Numbered from the stretch's first letter, positions 28,459 to 40,594 are shown. The stretch is 64,000 nt of DNA from Candidatus Oxydemutatoraceae bacterium (GCA_965220085.1 CBDCOZ010000003.1:608001-672000), one strand, 5' to 3'. A program made the numbers and translations. The notes: generated from the letters alone by a model not told the origin.

Positions 28459-28946
28459 AAAAGACAGGCGAAGCGAACAAATCGGTTTTTGCGCAGCGAC
28501 AGAGCGTTGCGCAAGTGGAAGAAGGCAACGCGCTCGCTCCCAAGTTTGACCAAGACGGGCTGATAGCGGCGGTGACGACCGACTATCAAAGCGGCGAGGT
28601 TTTGATGCACGGCTACATGAATTCAGAAGCGCTGGTGCGTTCCATTGAGACCGGCGAGGCGCACTACTGGAGCCGCAGCCGCAAATGCCTTTGGCACAAA
28701 GGCGCGACCAGCGGATTGGCGCAGAAGATCAAGCAGTTATTGATAGACGATGACCAGGATGCGATATGGTTGCGGGTCGAAGTGATCGGCGGCGCGAGTT
28801 GTCACGTCGGATATCGCTCGTGTTTCTATCGCGAGGTGCCGTTGCAAAAGGTAACGGGAGACATCGGCTTGCGCTTCACCGAAGACGACAAAGTGTTTGA
28901 TCCGGCGATCGTGTATAAAGGCCGTCCCAACCCGACGCGTCTTTAG
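28455..28946 (+). CDS. hisI: Phosphoribosyl-AMP cyclohydrolase
   Basis: [20 protein letters not shown] and [10 protein letters not shown] motifs. Confidence 0.95.
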   Translation: MKKTGEANKSVFAQRQSVAQVEEGNALAPKFDQDGLIAAVTTDYQSGEVLMHGYMNSEALVRSIETGEAHYWSRSRKCLWHKGATSGLAQKIKQLLIDDDQDAIWLRVEVIGGASCHVGYRSCFYREVPLQKVTGDIGLRFTEDDKVFDPAIVYKGRPNPTRL

Positions 28947-28986
28947 TCAGAAAAACTGAAACCACGCATCGGCAAGCACAAAGGCC

Positions 28987-29255
28987 GCCGCAGCCGCAAA
29001 TGCCTTTGGCACAAAGGCGCGACCAGCGGATTGGCGCAGAAGATCAAGCAGTTATTGACAGACGATGATCAGGATGCGATATGGTTGCGGGTCGAAGTGA
29101 TTGGCGGCGCGAGTTGTCACGTCGGATATCGCTCGTGTTTCTATCGCGAGGCGCCGCTGCAAAAGGTAACGGGAGACTTGCGCTTCACCGAAGACGACAA
29201 AGTGTTTGATCCTGCAATCGCATATAAAGGCTGTCCCAACCCGACGCGTCTTTAG
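28987..29255 (+). pseudogene. Tandem partial copy of the hisI 3' half
   Basis: Near-identical to 28672-28946, with about 10 substitutions and a 6-bp deletion; lacks the 5' end. Confidence 0.9.
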
Positions 29256-29300
29256 ACTTGTGTCTGCGTTGCGGCAACGGCAACCGTCATCAAGCGGCGG

Positions 29301-29741
29301 TTAGAAGCCGGCTTCTTTGTACCAATAACGCGCGAGTTCCGGGTTCTTCTCTACCAGCCGGCCTTCTTCGTAGAGTGCGGCGAGGGTCGTCTTTGACCCC
29401 GCCAGCCCCTGTTTGGCGGCCTTGCCGAGCCACTCAACGGCCTTGTCCCCGTCTTGTTCCACGCCTTCGCCTTCCATATACATAAAACCGAGACCGTGCT
29501 GGGCCAGAGCGTGATCAGACTCCGCCGCTTTTTGCATCATCGCCGCGGCTTTTTGCGGGTTGGATACGGCGCCAAGACCGTTTTGATACATGATCGCGCA
29601 ACGATAGAGCGCCTCCGGGTGGCCGCTGTCGGCCATCGGGGTCAATAGCTGTAGCGCGCGTTTGAACTGCTTGGATTCAAACGCCGATATGCCGCTGGCC
29701 AGCGCGATATCCGTATTGTCGCTTGCGTCCGTTTTTTCCAC
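29301..29741 (-). CDS. Sel1-like repeat protein
   Basis: Repeats of A...LG.MY..G.GV..D..KA..W..KAA.QG. Confidence 0.9.
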   Translation of the reverse strand: MEKTDASDNTDIALASGISAFESKQFKRALQLLTPMADSGHPEALYRCAIMYQNGLGAVSNPQKAAAMMQKAAESDHALAQHGLGFMYMEGEGVEQDGDKAVEWLGKAAKQGLAGSKTTLAALYEEGRLVEKNPELARYWYKEAGF

Positions 29742-30670
29742 TACCGCACTCCTATGTCCGCGCCTTCCTTTTTCGCGGGAATCATATGCTCGCGCTTGAC
29801 GCCGAGCATCAACAGCAGCGAACTGGCGACATAAATAGACGAATAGGTGCCGATGACAACGCCGACCATCAGCGCGATGGCAAAGTTTCTGATGACCTCG
29901 CCGCCGAAGACCAGCAGCGCGAGCAACACCAGCATCGTCGTCAGCGATGTGATCAAGGTTCTCGACAAAGTGCGGTTGATGGCCTGATTGACGACTGTCA
30001 AAGAATCGGCTTTTATCTTTGACTTCAGGTAGCTTTCGCGGATGCGGTCGTATACGACGATGGTATCGTTGAGCGAGTAACCAATCACAGCGAGGATAGC
30101 GGCGAGCACCGTCAGGTTGAATTCAATTCCGGTAATGGAGAAGAAGCCGATGGTCGCGATCACATCGTGCGCCAATGCGATGATAGCGCCGATGGCAAAG
30201 CGGAACTCAAAGCGAAAACCGACATAGATGAGGATGCCTATCAGAGCGTAGAGCATGGCCAGCCCGCCGTCTTCGCGCAGTTCTTGGCCGATTTGCGGGC
30301 CGATAAACTCGGCGCGCCGCAGTTGTGTGCCTTCCTCTTTCAGTTGCGCAAATATTTGATTGCTGATAGTGGCTTGGGAAGTATCTTCCTGCGGCGCGAC
30401 CCGAATCAGCACCTCTTTCGCAGAGCCAAAGTGCTGTGCTTGCACATTGTCAAAACCGAGCTCGGCGATCTTTTCGCGCAGCGGCGGCAGGTCGACGGTG
30501 TCGGGATAGCCGATCTCTATCAGCGTGCCGCCGGTAAAATCTATCCCCAGCGCAAGCCAACGGGTGGACAGCGATATGACCGATGCCAGAATAACGAATA
30601 CCGATATCGCGAGGGCGATGCGTCTGTGGCGCATAAAGTTAAAGTTGGCGTTGGCTGCGATCGTTAACAT
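29741..30670 (-). CDS. secF: Protein translocase subunit SecF
   Basis: GIDFTGG, GYSLNDTIVVYDRIRE and GTYSSI motifs. Confidence 0.97.
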   Translation of the reverse strand: MLTIAANANFNFMRHRRIALAISVFVILASVISLSTRWLALGIDFTGGTLIEIGYPDTVDLPPLREKIAELGFDNVQAQHFGSAKEVLIRVAPQEDTSQATISNQIFAQLKEEGTQLRRAEFIGPQIGQELREDGGLAMLYALIGILIYVGFRFEFRFAIGAIIALAHDVIATIGFFSITGIEFNLTVLAAILAVIGYSLNDTIVVYDRIRESYLKSKIKADSLTVVNQAINRTLSRTLITSLTTMLVLLALLVFGGEVIRNFAIALMVGVVIGTYSSIYVASSLLLMLGVKREHMIPAKKEGADIGVR

Positions 30671-30674
30671 GGTT

Positions 30675-32549
30675 TCAGATTGCCAGTGTCTCGACTTTGC
30701 GCCGGCCATAGATCAACTGCGCTATCGTGCGCGTTCCGGTGATGGCGGTGAACATAGAGCAGACGATGCCGATGGAGAGCGTGACCGCAAAACCTTTGAT
30801 CGGGCCGGTGCCGAAGACGAACAATACCAAGGCGGCAATCAAGGTCGTGATATTGGCGTCGGCGATCGTGGAAAATGCCTGACGGTAGCCGTTTTCTATG
30901 CTGGCGCGCACATTGCTGCCGCTGGCGAGTTCTTGGCGAATGCGTTCAAATATCAGCACATTGGCGTCTACCGCCATACCGACGGTCAAGACGATGCCGA
31001 CGATTCCCGGCAACGTCAGCGCCGCTCCCGGAATCAGCGACATGACCGCGATGATGATGATCAGGTTGCTCGTCAGGGCCAGATTGGCCAGCAACCCGAA
31101 CACGCGGTAATACACCGCCATAAATACGATCACCAAAATGAAGCCGAGAATGATGGAGTTCATCCCTTGCTCGATATTTTCTTGGCCGAGGCTCGGGCCG
31201 ATCGTTTTCTCTTCTATGATTTCAACCGGCGCCGCCAGAGAGCCGGCGCGCAACAGCAGCGCGAGTTTGCGCGCTTCGCGGGGGGAGTCGAGCCCGGTGA
31301 TCTGAAAACGTTTGCCCAACTGCTCGTTGATTCTTGCGACATTGATCACTTCTCTGATCGTGCTCGTTTTCCTTTGCAATTCGTTGTTCTCATCAACATA
31401 GGTTTCGGTCTTGTTTTCAATAAAGACGACCGCCATCAGGCGCTTGACATTCGCCGCGGTCGCGCGGCTGAAGCGCGATGCGCCCTTGCCGTCCAGTGTG
31501 ATGTGTACGGCGGGCCCGCCGCTCTGCGAGTCTATGCCGGAGGCGGCGTCGATAACCGATTCTCCGGTCAGCAGAATCTTTTTCCGCAACAGCACGGGGC
31601 CGTCCTCGCGGCTCTCAAGCAACTCGGTGCCCGGCGGCGCGCGTCTCATGCTCTGCACTCGGCGCGCATCGTACTGTTCGGCGACCATCCTGAACTCCAG
31701 CGTCGCCGTCGCCCCCAGAATCTCTTTCGCTTGCGCGGTATCCTGTATCCCCGGCAACTGCACGACGATCCGATTGGCGCCTTGGCGGGCGATGACCGGC
31801 TCGGCGACCCCGAGCTCATTGACACGTTTGCGCAAGGTGAGGATATTCTGTTGCAGCGCAAGATCTTTGGTCGCCTTTATCTCGGCGTCGGATACGTTCA
31901 AAATCAATTGGCGGACATCGCCCTCGGCGGTTTCCCGCGCCGCGAACGTAAGGGGCATTTCGCGCTGTATGATGTCCAGCAGCCTGTCGCGCTCGGCGGC
32001 GGTATCAAAGTTGAGAACCAGTCTGTTGTTTTCCTGATCGATGCGAATGCCTCTTTGCCGTATGCGCTCCTCGCGCATGCGCGTGGCGAGTTCGTCGCGG
32101 TAACTTTGCAAGGCTTTGGACAGCACCGCCTGATTGTCCACCTCCAGCAGAAAATACACCCCGCCGCGCAAGTCCAAGCCGAGATGCATCGGGCTCGCAT
32201 AGAGACTCTTCAGCCACTGCGGGGTGGCGGGCGCTAAGTTGAGGGCCGCGATATGGCGGTAATCCAGCGAGGATTTGATGATATCAACCGCTGTCAGTTG
32301 ATCTTCGGTGTTGTGAAAACGCAACAGCAACTTGCCATCGATAGCGGCCGGCGGGGATTTGACTGCGATGCCGTCAGCGGACAGCAACGCGGTTATTTTC
32401 TCGGCCGTGCCCGCCGCCACCGTACCCGACGCGTGCGATATTTGAATCGCGGGGTCTTCGGGGTAGATATTCGGCAGGGCATAGATGCCGGCGCCGATTA
32501 AAATGACCGCCAACAGAAGGCACTTCCAACGCAAATAGTTGTTCGGCAT
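30675..32549 (-). CDS. secD: Protein translocase subunit SecD
   Basis: LGLDLRGG, RVNELGVAEP, GPSLG and GMAVDANVLIFERI motifs. Confidence 0.97.
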   Translation of the reverse strand: MPNNYLRWKCLLLAVILIGAGIYALPNIYPEDPAIQISHASGTVAAGTAEKITALLSADGIAVKSPPAAIDGKLLLRFHNTEDQLTAVDIIKSSLDYRHIAALNLAPATPQWLKSLYASPMHLGLDLRGGVYFLLEVDNQAVLSKALQSYRDELATRMREERIRQRGIRIDQENNRLVLNFDTAAERDRLLDIIQREMPLTFAARETAEGDVRQLILNVSDAEIKATKDLALQQNILTLRKRVNELGVAEPVIARQGANRIVVQLPGIQDTAQAKEILGATATLEFRMVAEQYDARRVQSMRRAPPGTELLESREDGPVLLRKKILLTGESVIDAASGIDSQSGGPAVHITLDGKGASRFSRATAANVKRLMAVVFIENKTETYVDENNELQRKTSTIREVINVARINEQLGKRFQITGLDSPREARKLALLLRAGSLAAPVEIIEEKTIGPSLGQENIEQGMNSIILGFILVIVFMAVYYRVFGLLANLALTSNLIIIIAVMSLIPGAALTLPGIVGIVLTVGMAVDANVLIFERIRQELASGSNVRASIENGYRQAFSTIADANITTLIAALVLFVFGTGPIKGFAVTLSIGIVCSMFTAITGTRTIAQLIYGRRKVETLAI

Positions 32550-32569
32550 TTTCTTATCCGGCCAAGGGC

Positions 32570-32899
32570 TTACTCACCGCTCAGCGTTCCTTTCGGCATC
32601 ATCGCATTGACAGACTGCTTTTGCACTTTGATCTTCACATTGTTGTGCACTTCAATGTCGACAAAATTTTCCCCGACCGAAGCGATTCGTCCGAGTATCC
32701 CGCCGACTGTCGTCACTTCGTCGCCGACTGTCAGCGACTCGATCAATTCCTTGTGAGACTTGTTGCGTTTGTTCTGCGGTCTGATGACTACGAAGTACAT
32801 AATCAAAAAGAACACAGCAACCATGATGAGCAATTCAAAGCCGCCGCTGTTGGCGGGCGCTCCGCCCTGTGCCTGAGCCGTGTGTATAAGTGAATTCAT
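32570..32899 (-). CDS. yajC: Preprotein translocase subunit YajC
   Basis: YF..IRPQ.KR and GDEV.T.GGI.G motifs; upstream of secD. Confidence 0.95.
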   Translation of the reverse strand: MNSLIHTAQAQGGAPANSGGFELLIMVAVFFLIMYFVVIRPQNKRNKSHKELIESLTVGDEVTTVGGILGRIASVGENFVDIEVHNNVKIKVQKQSVNAMMPKGTLSGE

Positions 32900-32969
32900 G
32901 ATATATCTTGTGGTTTGTTACCTGCGAGCAAATAGTAAAGGGCTATTATCGCATAACTGCCCGCCGATT

Positions 32970-35106
<2,137 letters not shown>

Positions 35107-35210
35107 CCGGGCAGTAGCGACGCACATGAGGGAGAAATTATATAGCAAGCCGAGACAAACTGATTAGCGATATAATAAGCCTTCGTTTAATCGTATTTTC
35201 CGAGAACTTA

Positions 35211-36011
35211 ATGAACGATACATCACGCACCGTTTCGGTTGTCGTACTGAACTGGAAACGCCCCGAGTTCCTGCAACAAGTCTCGTTGCCCTTGCTGCAA
35301 AAATGCGAGAGAGTGAAGGAGATCATCATCTCCCACGGCTTGGAAGCCACTTTCTTTGACTGCCCAAGCGAACACTGCAAAGTCATCAACCGCAAGGACT
35401 GGGAGGTGAACTCCGAATACGGGCTCGCCCGTCGTTTCGTCGCCGCCCAAGATGCGACCAATGACTGCATCCTGATGATGGACGACGACGTGGTGATATT
35501 TGACAAAACCGTCAACAAACTCTACGACCTTTTTCTGCGCGACCCGGAGATTCTGCACGGGGAATACGGCCGCAACCTCGATTGTAATTTCGCCTACAGC
35601 AATCGCGATGCTTTTGGCGAAGTCTCTTTCGTTTTGACAGGTCTGGTGGCGACATCGCAACACAGGTGTAATTTGTTTTTGGAGAACATGGGTTTGGTCG
35701 AAGATCTGGTGCGCAAGAATTCCGCGCCGCTATGGAACGGCGAAGACATTTTCCATGCCGCATTATCGCTGCGGGAAAGCGGGCGCTTAAATCGCGCCTA
35801 CAAATTCCCGATGGCGGGCATCCCCGCCTACTGGCCGCCGGACCCGTTTACCGTGGCCGCTAACGAACGGCACCTGATCTGGCGGCGGGAGTTCGCGCGC
35901 CATCTGGTAGACCTATTTGACTTGCGCGACTTGGTGCGGCGGATTCCGCCGCCCAAGTACGGGAACGGTTTCCCCGCCCATCTGGGCCGCATTTTTTCGC
36001 GCGGCTTATAA
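35211..36011 (+). CDS. GT-A glycosyltransferase resembling family 64 (exostosin/EXTL2-like)
   Basis: VVVLNWKR, GLARRF, LMMDDDV (DxD), FVLTG and NGEDI resemble GT64 LNNRF/DDD/MVLTG/NCEDI motifs recalled from memory. Confidence 0.65.
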   Translation: MNDTSRTVSVVVLNWKRPEFLQQVSLPLLQKCERVKEIIISHGLEATFFDCPSEHCKVINRKDWEVNSEYGLARRFVAAQDATNDCILMMDDDVVIFDKTVNKLYDLFLRDPEILHGEYGRNLDCNFAYSNRDAFGEVSFVLTGLVATSQHRCNLFLENMGLVEDLVRKNSAPLWNGEDIFHAALSLRESGRLNRAYKFPMAGIPAYWPPDPFTVAANERHLIWRREFARHLVDLFDLRDLVRRIPPPKYGNGFPAHLGRIFSRGL

Positions 36012-36147
36012 AGGCAGTGGTGCTTGTTGCCGTCAAAGGAACGCCGCAACCCGCCGCTTTAGCCCGCTTGTGCCCGTTTTCTTGCAACATGCCGCCGCCG
36101 CCCGCAGAAACCGCCCGTTGCGCATTGCATGACGGAAGGCGGGCGCT

Positions 36148-37014
36148 GTGAACTTTCGCGCGACCGTCATTTCCTGCTTGCGCGCGCATATCGTCTTGGA
36201 AGACGGGCGGCGCAACCTGTATCGCGCCCGCCGTTCCAAGAACTCGGCGCTGGCGTGCGGCGACAAAGTGCTCTGTTCTGACGACGGCGAAGCGTGCCGA
36301 ATCATAGAGCAACTGCCGCGGCGAACACATTTGAGCAGACAGCGCCGGCAAGGGGGGCGACAGGACATCGCCGCGAATATTACCGCAGTCATCGTCGTGA
36401 CCGACTTGGCCGCCGGCATCAACACCTTCTTGACAGACAGTTATCTCGTCGCTTGTGTTGCCATCGGGGTCAAACCGATTCTGGTATTTAACAAGATCGA
36501 CATCGCGCCGGTCGCTCCCGCGCACGAGATAATATTTTCCGGTTATCGCGCCGCAGGCTGCCGCATCTTTGCCATCAGCGCAAAAACCGGCGCGCAAACG
36601 GATGTGTTGGCGCAATCGCTGTGCGACGAAACCGTCATCATGCTCGGCTTGTCGGGCGCCGGCAAAACCTCTCTGGCCAACTGCCTGATTCCCGGCCTCA
36701 ATGCCAGAGTCGCCGATGTTTCCGTCGCCGCCGGCGAAGGCAGGCATACGACCAGCGCGACCACTCTGTATCATCTGGCAAGCGGCGGGGCGCTGATAGA
36801 CTCGCCCGGAGTGCGCTCCTACGCCTGCCCCGTATCGTCGTTTCGCGAAGTGCAGGATGCATACTCCGAGTTCCGTCGTTATGCGCAAGACTGCGCCTTC
36901 GCCGATTGCCGCCACGACCGCGAGCCGCAGTGCGCGGTGCGCGCCGCGGTCAATAGCGGATTACTGGCGCCGTTTCGCTATCGGCACTATCTGGAGTTGA
37001 TTCAAAACATTTAA
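36148..37014 (+). CDS. rsgA: Ribosome small subunit-dependent GTPase A
   Basis: NKID, GLSGAGKTS, GRHTT, DSPG and C.F.DC.H..EP.C motifs; start uncertain. Confidence 0.93.
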   Translation: MNFRATVISCLRAHIVLEDGRRNLYRARRSKNSALACGDKVLCSDDGEACRIIEQLPRRTHLSRQRRQGGRQDIAANITAVIVVTDLAAGINTFLTDSYLVACVAIGVKPILVFNKIDIAPVAPAHEIIFSGYRAAGCRIFAISAKTGAQTDVLAQSLCDETVIMLGLSGAGKTSLANCLIPGLNARVADVSVAAGEGRHTTSATTLYHLASGGALIDSPGVRSYACPVSSFREVQDAYSEFRRYAQDCAFADCRHDREPQCAVRAAVNSGLLAPFRYRHYLELIQNI

Positions 37015-37057
37015 GCGGCGCTTCGCGCCGCCGCGGCGCTTCGCGCCGCCGCGGCGC
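37015..37057. repeat. Duplicated 18-bp GC hairpin between convergent genes
   Basis: GCGGCGC-TTC-GCGCCGC-C twice, plus a partial third copy. Confidence 0.75.
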
Positions 37058-37075
37058 CGCCCGCCGACGGGTTTG

Positions 37076-37909
37076 CTACTCGTCAAAGCGGTAGTTAAAG
37101 CGCTCTATCGTGCGCGGGAAGTATTGCTCAATCCGCTGTCTTGATTGCGGCGTATACAGCGGTCGGTAGTCCCTTACCGCCGCATCCCGCACCTTTGACT
37201 TGACCCTTTTCAGCGCGCCCAAATCCGGCAAGCCGATGCGTTCGCAGACCTGTTTAAACTCCGGCTCAAGGTTCTCGTAAGCGATATATTGGTCAAGAAC
37301 GGGTTCGCCCTCGTGGAAGTAAAAATCCTCCGACATTTCCAATATCATGGAATACACATCGCTCATCAGAGTCGCCTCCATCGCTTCCCGATGCCTTTCC
37401 GCCTTCGCTTTTTTGAGTATCTGAGAAACAGAGCGTCGTTCTTTCAGGAAGTGCCAGATGCGCGATGCGTAAAACACGCTCCACGGCTGGCGCAGCCACA
37501 AGCCCGCATAGTGTTTTGCGTTGTCCATGTTTTCATCGTACGGATTGACCCCTTTCATCTTGAAGAAATAGAACGACGCAAACCAATCCCACGGGTTTCT
37601 GACCACGGTGAACTTGAAATAACTATTCCATGTCTCCTCGCCGACTATGCGGATGATTTCGGAGATGGGCAGATGGCCTCTCATGGCGCAAAACACCGGA
37701 GACACCCGCTTGATCGCCGCGCCCCGATTGCGCAGCGCGGGGAAAGGCGTCTCGTCCCACGCCGGGTTATATTCCAGTTGCTTGCCGTCGTGGACGATGA
37801 GGTCATCGTCGTCGCCGAGCGCCCCGCTGAGTTTGAGCATAATGCTGGAGCCGGCGATTTTTCTTTGCCGCACAAAGATAAAGCGGTGTTTGTGGGAGAT
37901 GATAGTCAT
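37076..37909 (-). CDS. Sulfotransferase family 2 protein
   Basis: FIFVRQRKIAGSSI (5'-PSB-like), FTVVRNPWD..S.Y (3'-PB-like) and YENL motifs. Confidence 0.85.
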   Translation of the reverse strand: MTIISHKHRFIFVRQRKIAGSSIMLKLSGALGDDDDLIVHDGKQLEYNPAWDETPFPALRNRGAAIKRVSPVFCAMRGHLPISEIIRIVGEETWNSYFKFTVVRNPWDWFASFYFFKMKGVNPYDENMDNAKHYAGLWLRQPWSVFYASRIWHFLKERRSVSQILKKAKAERHREAMEATLMSDVYSMILEMSEDFYFHEGEPVLDQYIAYENLEPEFKQVCERIGLPDLGALKRVKSKVRDAAVRDYRPLYTPQSRQRIEQYFPRTIERFNYRFDE

Positions 37910-37912
37910 GTC

Positions 37913-38506
37913 TCAATAGGCTTGCCGGCTGTCAAACGCTCTGGACAGCGTGGACATATCTATGTACTCCAGTTCGCCGCCGACCGGCACCCCCTGCGCG
38001 ATCTGGCTGACCGCAACCCCGCGCTTGTGCGCCAGTTCGCGTATCACGTGGGCGGTGACATCCCCCTCGACCGTCGTGCTAGTCGCCAGAATCAACTCCG
38101 CGATCGTTTCTTGCGCGAGGATATCTTCCAACGAGTCAAGACCGATCTCTTGCGGCCCGATGTCATCCAGCGGCGACAGCTTGCCGTGCAAGACAAAGTA
38201 CAGGCCGCGATAATTGCCGATGCCCTCTATCGCCGCCAGATCGGCCGGGCTTTCCACGACGCAGCGCAACGACTTATCGCGTTCTTCGTCCGCGCAGATA
38301 GCGCACAACTCCTCTTCGGCAAACATGCGGCAACTCTTGCAGTTGCCGATTTTCTCCATCGCGGTGACAAGGTTTTCGCCGAGTTGTTCGCCGTTTTCGC
38401 GATTGCGCTCCAGCAGATAGTACGCATACCGCTGCGCGGTTTTTCTGCCGACGCCCGGCAAACAGGCAAAAGCCGCAATCAATTTTTCCAGCAAATCATC
38501 CCGCAT
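37913..38506 (-). CDS. recR: Recombination protein RecR
   Basis: LPGVG.KTAQR, C4 zinc finger, VVE.PAD and G.P.GGELEY motifs. Confidence 0.96.
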   Translation of the reverse strand: MRDDLLEKLIAAFACLPGVGRKTAQRYAYYLLERNRENGEQLGENLVTAMEKIGNCKSCRMFAEEELCAICADEERDKSLRCVVESPADLAAIEGIGNYRGLYFVLHGKLSPLDDIGPQEIGLDSLEDILAQETIAELILATSTTVEGDVTAHVIRELAHKRGVAVSQIAQGVPVGGELEYIDMSTLSRAFDSRQAY

Positions 38507-38509
38507 GGC

Positions 38510-40216
38510 CTAGTTTTCTGTCTTCGTCGGGCGCACCGAATCGGGCAGTGTGCTCGCATTAAATTCCTTTTTGATCAAGGCAACATCCGGGTCTTGGTCA
38601 AACGCGGCTTGCGCCTGATGTTGTTGTCTGGCTGCGTTCTGTTTTTGCAGTTGTGCCGGCGATGTCGTCTCGTCGGCGACCGTGAATTGCAAGTCTACCT
38701 CGGCGCCGACCGCCCGATTCAAGGCCTCGCGGATGGCTTGTCGGTTCTTGTCGGAGCAGAGTTCCGCGGTACTCTCATCCATCTGCAGTCGCGCCGCGGT
38801 CGGCGCATCGGCTATCAGCAACGCCTGATAACAGAGCCCGCGCAAGTGCCCGCTGAGCGCCATCTGTTCTATCAGTTTGCCCCAGCCTTCGGCGCCGTCG
38901 TAGTCGCGCAAGTCCGCGGCGGGTGTTGCGCCGCTTGTCGGCGCATCGGCGCTCGCCGTACCCGCTTCCGCTGCGGTTGCTTCCGCCTTCGGCGGCGTTG
39001 CTTGCGGCGCGGTTGTTTCCGCCTTCGGCGTCGTCGCTTGCGGCGCGGTTGTTTCCGCCTTCGGCGTCGTCGCTTGCCGCGGCTTGGCGGCGGGTGTGGC
39101 AGGGGCGGCGGCCTGTGCCGCCGGCGCGGATTGCAAGGGAATAAAGTTCATAATCCGCAAAAAGGTCATCTCAATGGCATTTTTATCGTCTCCGACCAAC
39201 GGCATATCTCGCTTGCCGCTCAACGCGGTTTGATAGGCGAGTTGTATGTCCTCCGCCGCCATCGCTTCGGCCAGAGCCTTGATATCGGCGGCGGCAAAAT
39301 GGGGCGACGGTTCGGCATCGGGCAAGGTCTGATGCAGCGCGATGCGGTGCAGCAGGTCGATAAAGTCCTTCAGCACGCCGCTAAAATCGGCCGCATTGCG
39401 GTAAAGTTCGTCGACGATTTGCAGCATGCCGGCGGCATCGCCTTGCGTTATGCGCTGCAATATCCGCACCGTGCTTTCGCGGTCGCTGAGTCCGAGCATC
39501 TCATACACGGCATCGGTCTTTAACGCGCCGTTGCCATAGGCGATGGCCTGATCGAGCAGGCTCAAAGCATCCCGCATACTGCCTTCGGCGGCGATGACGA
39601 TTTTGTCCGGCGCGCTGTCTTCGCAGGCGATGTCCTCGTCCTCTAGCAACTTGCGCAGATATTCCAGGATGGTCTGCTTGGGCAACCGCGTCAGGTTCAG
39701 TTGCAAGCAACGCGACAACACCGTCGCCGGTATCTTTTGCGGGTTGGTGGTTGCGAACAAGAATTTGATATGGTCGGGCGGCTCCTCAAGGGTCTTCAGC
39801 AGAGCGTTGAAACTGCTGACAGACAGCATATGCACTTCGTCGATCAGGTAGATTTTATAGCGCCCGCGGCTCGGCGCGTATTGCACATTGTCGAGTATCT
39901 CGCGCATATTCTCCACCCCGGTGCGGGAGGCGGCGTCTACTTCAATCAGATCGACGAAACGCCCGTCGTCTATCTCGCGACACGCGGCGCATTTGCCGCA
40001 CGGGTTTGCGGTCGGCCCGGTTTCGCAGTTTAAGCACCGCGCCAAGATCCGCGCGATGGTTGTTTTGCCGACGCCGCGGGTGCCGGCAAACAAGTATGCG
40101 TGATGCATGCGCGACAACTCAATGGCGTTGCTCAGGGTGCGGATCACATGTTCCTGCCCCGCCACTTCGGCAAAACTTCGCGGTCGCCATTTGCGCGCCA
40201 GTACTTTATAGCTCAC
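38510..40216 (-). CDS. dnaX: DNA polymerase III subunit gamma/tau
   Basis: YKVLARKWRP, GTRGVGKTT, IDEVHML, NALLKTLEEPP and GSMRDALS motifs. Confidence 0.97.
   Translation of the reverse strand: MSYKVLARKWRPRSFAEVAGQEHVIRTLSNAIELSRMHHAYLFAGTRGVGKTTIARILARCLNCETGPTANPCGKCAACREIDDGRFVDLIEVDAASRTGVENMREILDNVQYAPSRGRYKIYLIDEVHMLSVSSFNALLKTLEEPPDHIKFLFATTNPQKIPATVLSRCLQLNLTRLPKQTILEYLRKLLEDEDIACEDSAPDKIVIAAEGSMRDALSLLDQAIAYGNGALKTDAVYEMLGLSDRESTVRILQRITQGDAAGMLQIVDELYRNAADFSGVLKDFIDLLHRIALHQTLPDAEPSPHFAAADIKALAEAMAAEDIQLAYQTALSGKRDMPLVGDDKNAIEMTFLRIMNFIPLQSAPAAQAAAPATPAAKPRQATTPKAETTAPQATTPKAETTAPQATPPKAEATAAEAGTASADAPTSGATPAADLRDYDGAEGWGKLIEQMALSGHLRGLCYQALLIADAPTAARLQMDESTAELCSDKNRQAIREALNRAVGAEVDLQFTVADETTSPAQLQKQNAARQQHQAQAAFDQDPDVALIKKEFNASTLPDSVRPTKTEN
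38973..39077 (-). repeat. About 3 x 36-bp coding repeat (QATTPKAETTAP) in the DnaX linker
   Basis: Period-36 repeat seen in both DNA and protein. Confidence 0.85.
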
Positions 40217-40594
40217 TGTTATCGTTTCAATTTGTTTTCGGGTTTCTTGCGCTAAGCGCGCCGCATCCTCGGCGCTGCCGGCGACCTGTGCGCCAATCGG
40301 GTTTGCAACGACCGGTCGCAGAGGCGCGCCCGCAAGAATCTGTCTATTATACTCAGCCTTTTATTTGCTTGCCAAAACGCGCTTATCATCGGGCAACCGA
40401 ATCATCGGCGCCCGGTGCGACTGTCAAGGTTCTGCACTGACGCTTACTGACGCTTGGGGAATTCCATGCCGCAACGATGCAAGCGGCAAAGGCGATGTCG
40501 CATCTATCTCACGCACGGCGATAGCGGACATCCTTCGTGTGCCGACTCCCGCGAGGAGCGTGTCGGCGGGCGCGAGTCTTGCGAGGAATCGCTC

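Noticed and set aside
28672-29255. Diversity-generating retroelement TR/VR pair
   Set aside because: Differences are mostly C/T and G/A transitions in both directions plus a deletion, not adenine-specific, and no reverse transcriptase is present.
37289-39523. Long antisense ORFs (also 30525-32237, 43383-45470, 24523-26043, 19552-21204)
   Set aside because: They lie opposite well-supported genes in GC-rich DNA and have no recognisable motifs.
38510-40216. E. coli-type A AAA AAG -1 frameshift site in dnaX
   Set aside because: No such heptamer was seen at the expected position; only a shorter A5G run near the C-terminus.
40217-40560. SRP RNA (ffs), often found upstream of dnaX
   Set aside because: The conserved CAGGTCCGGAAGGAAGCAGC-type motif was not found on either strand.
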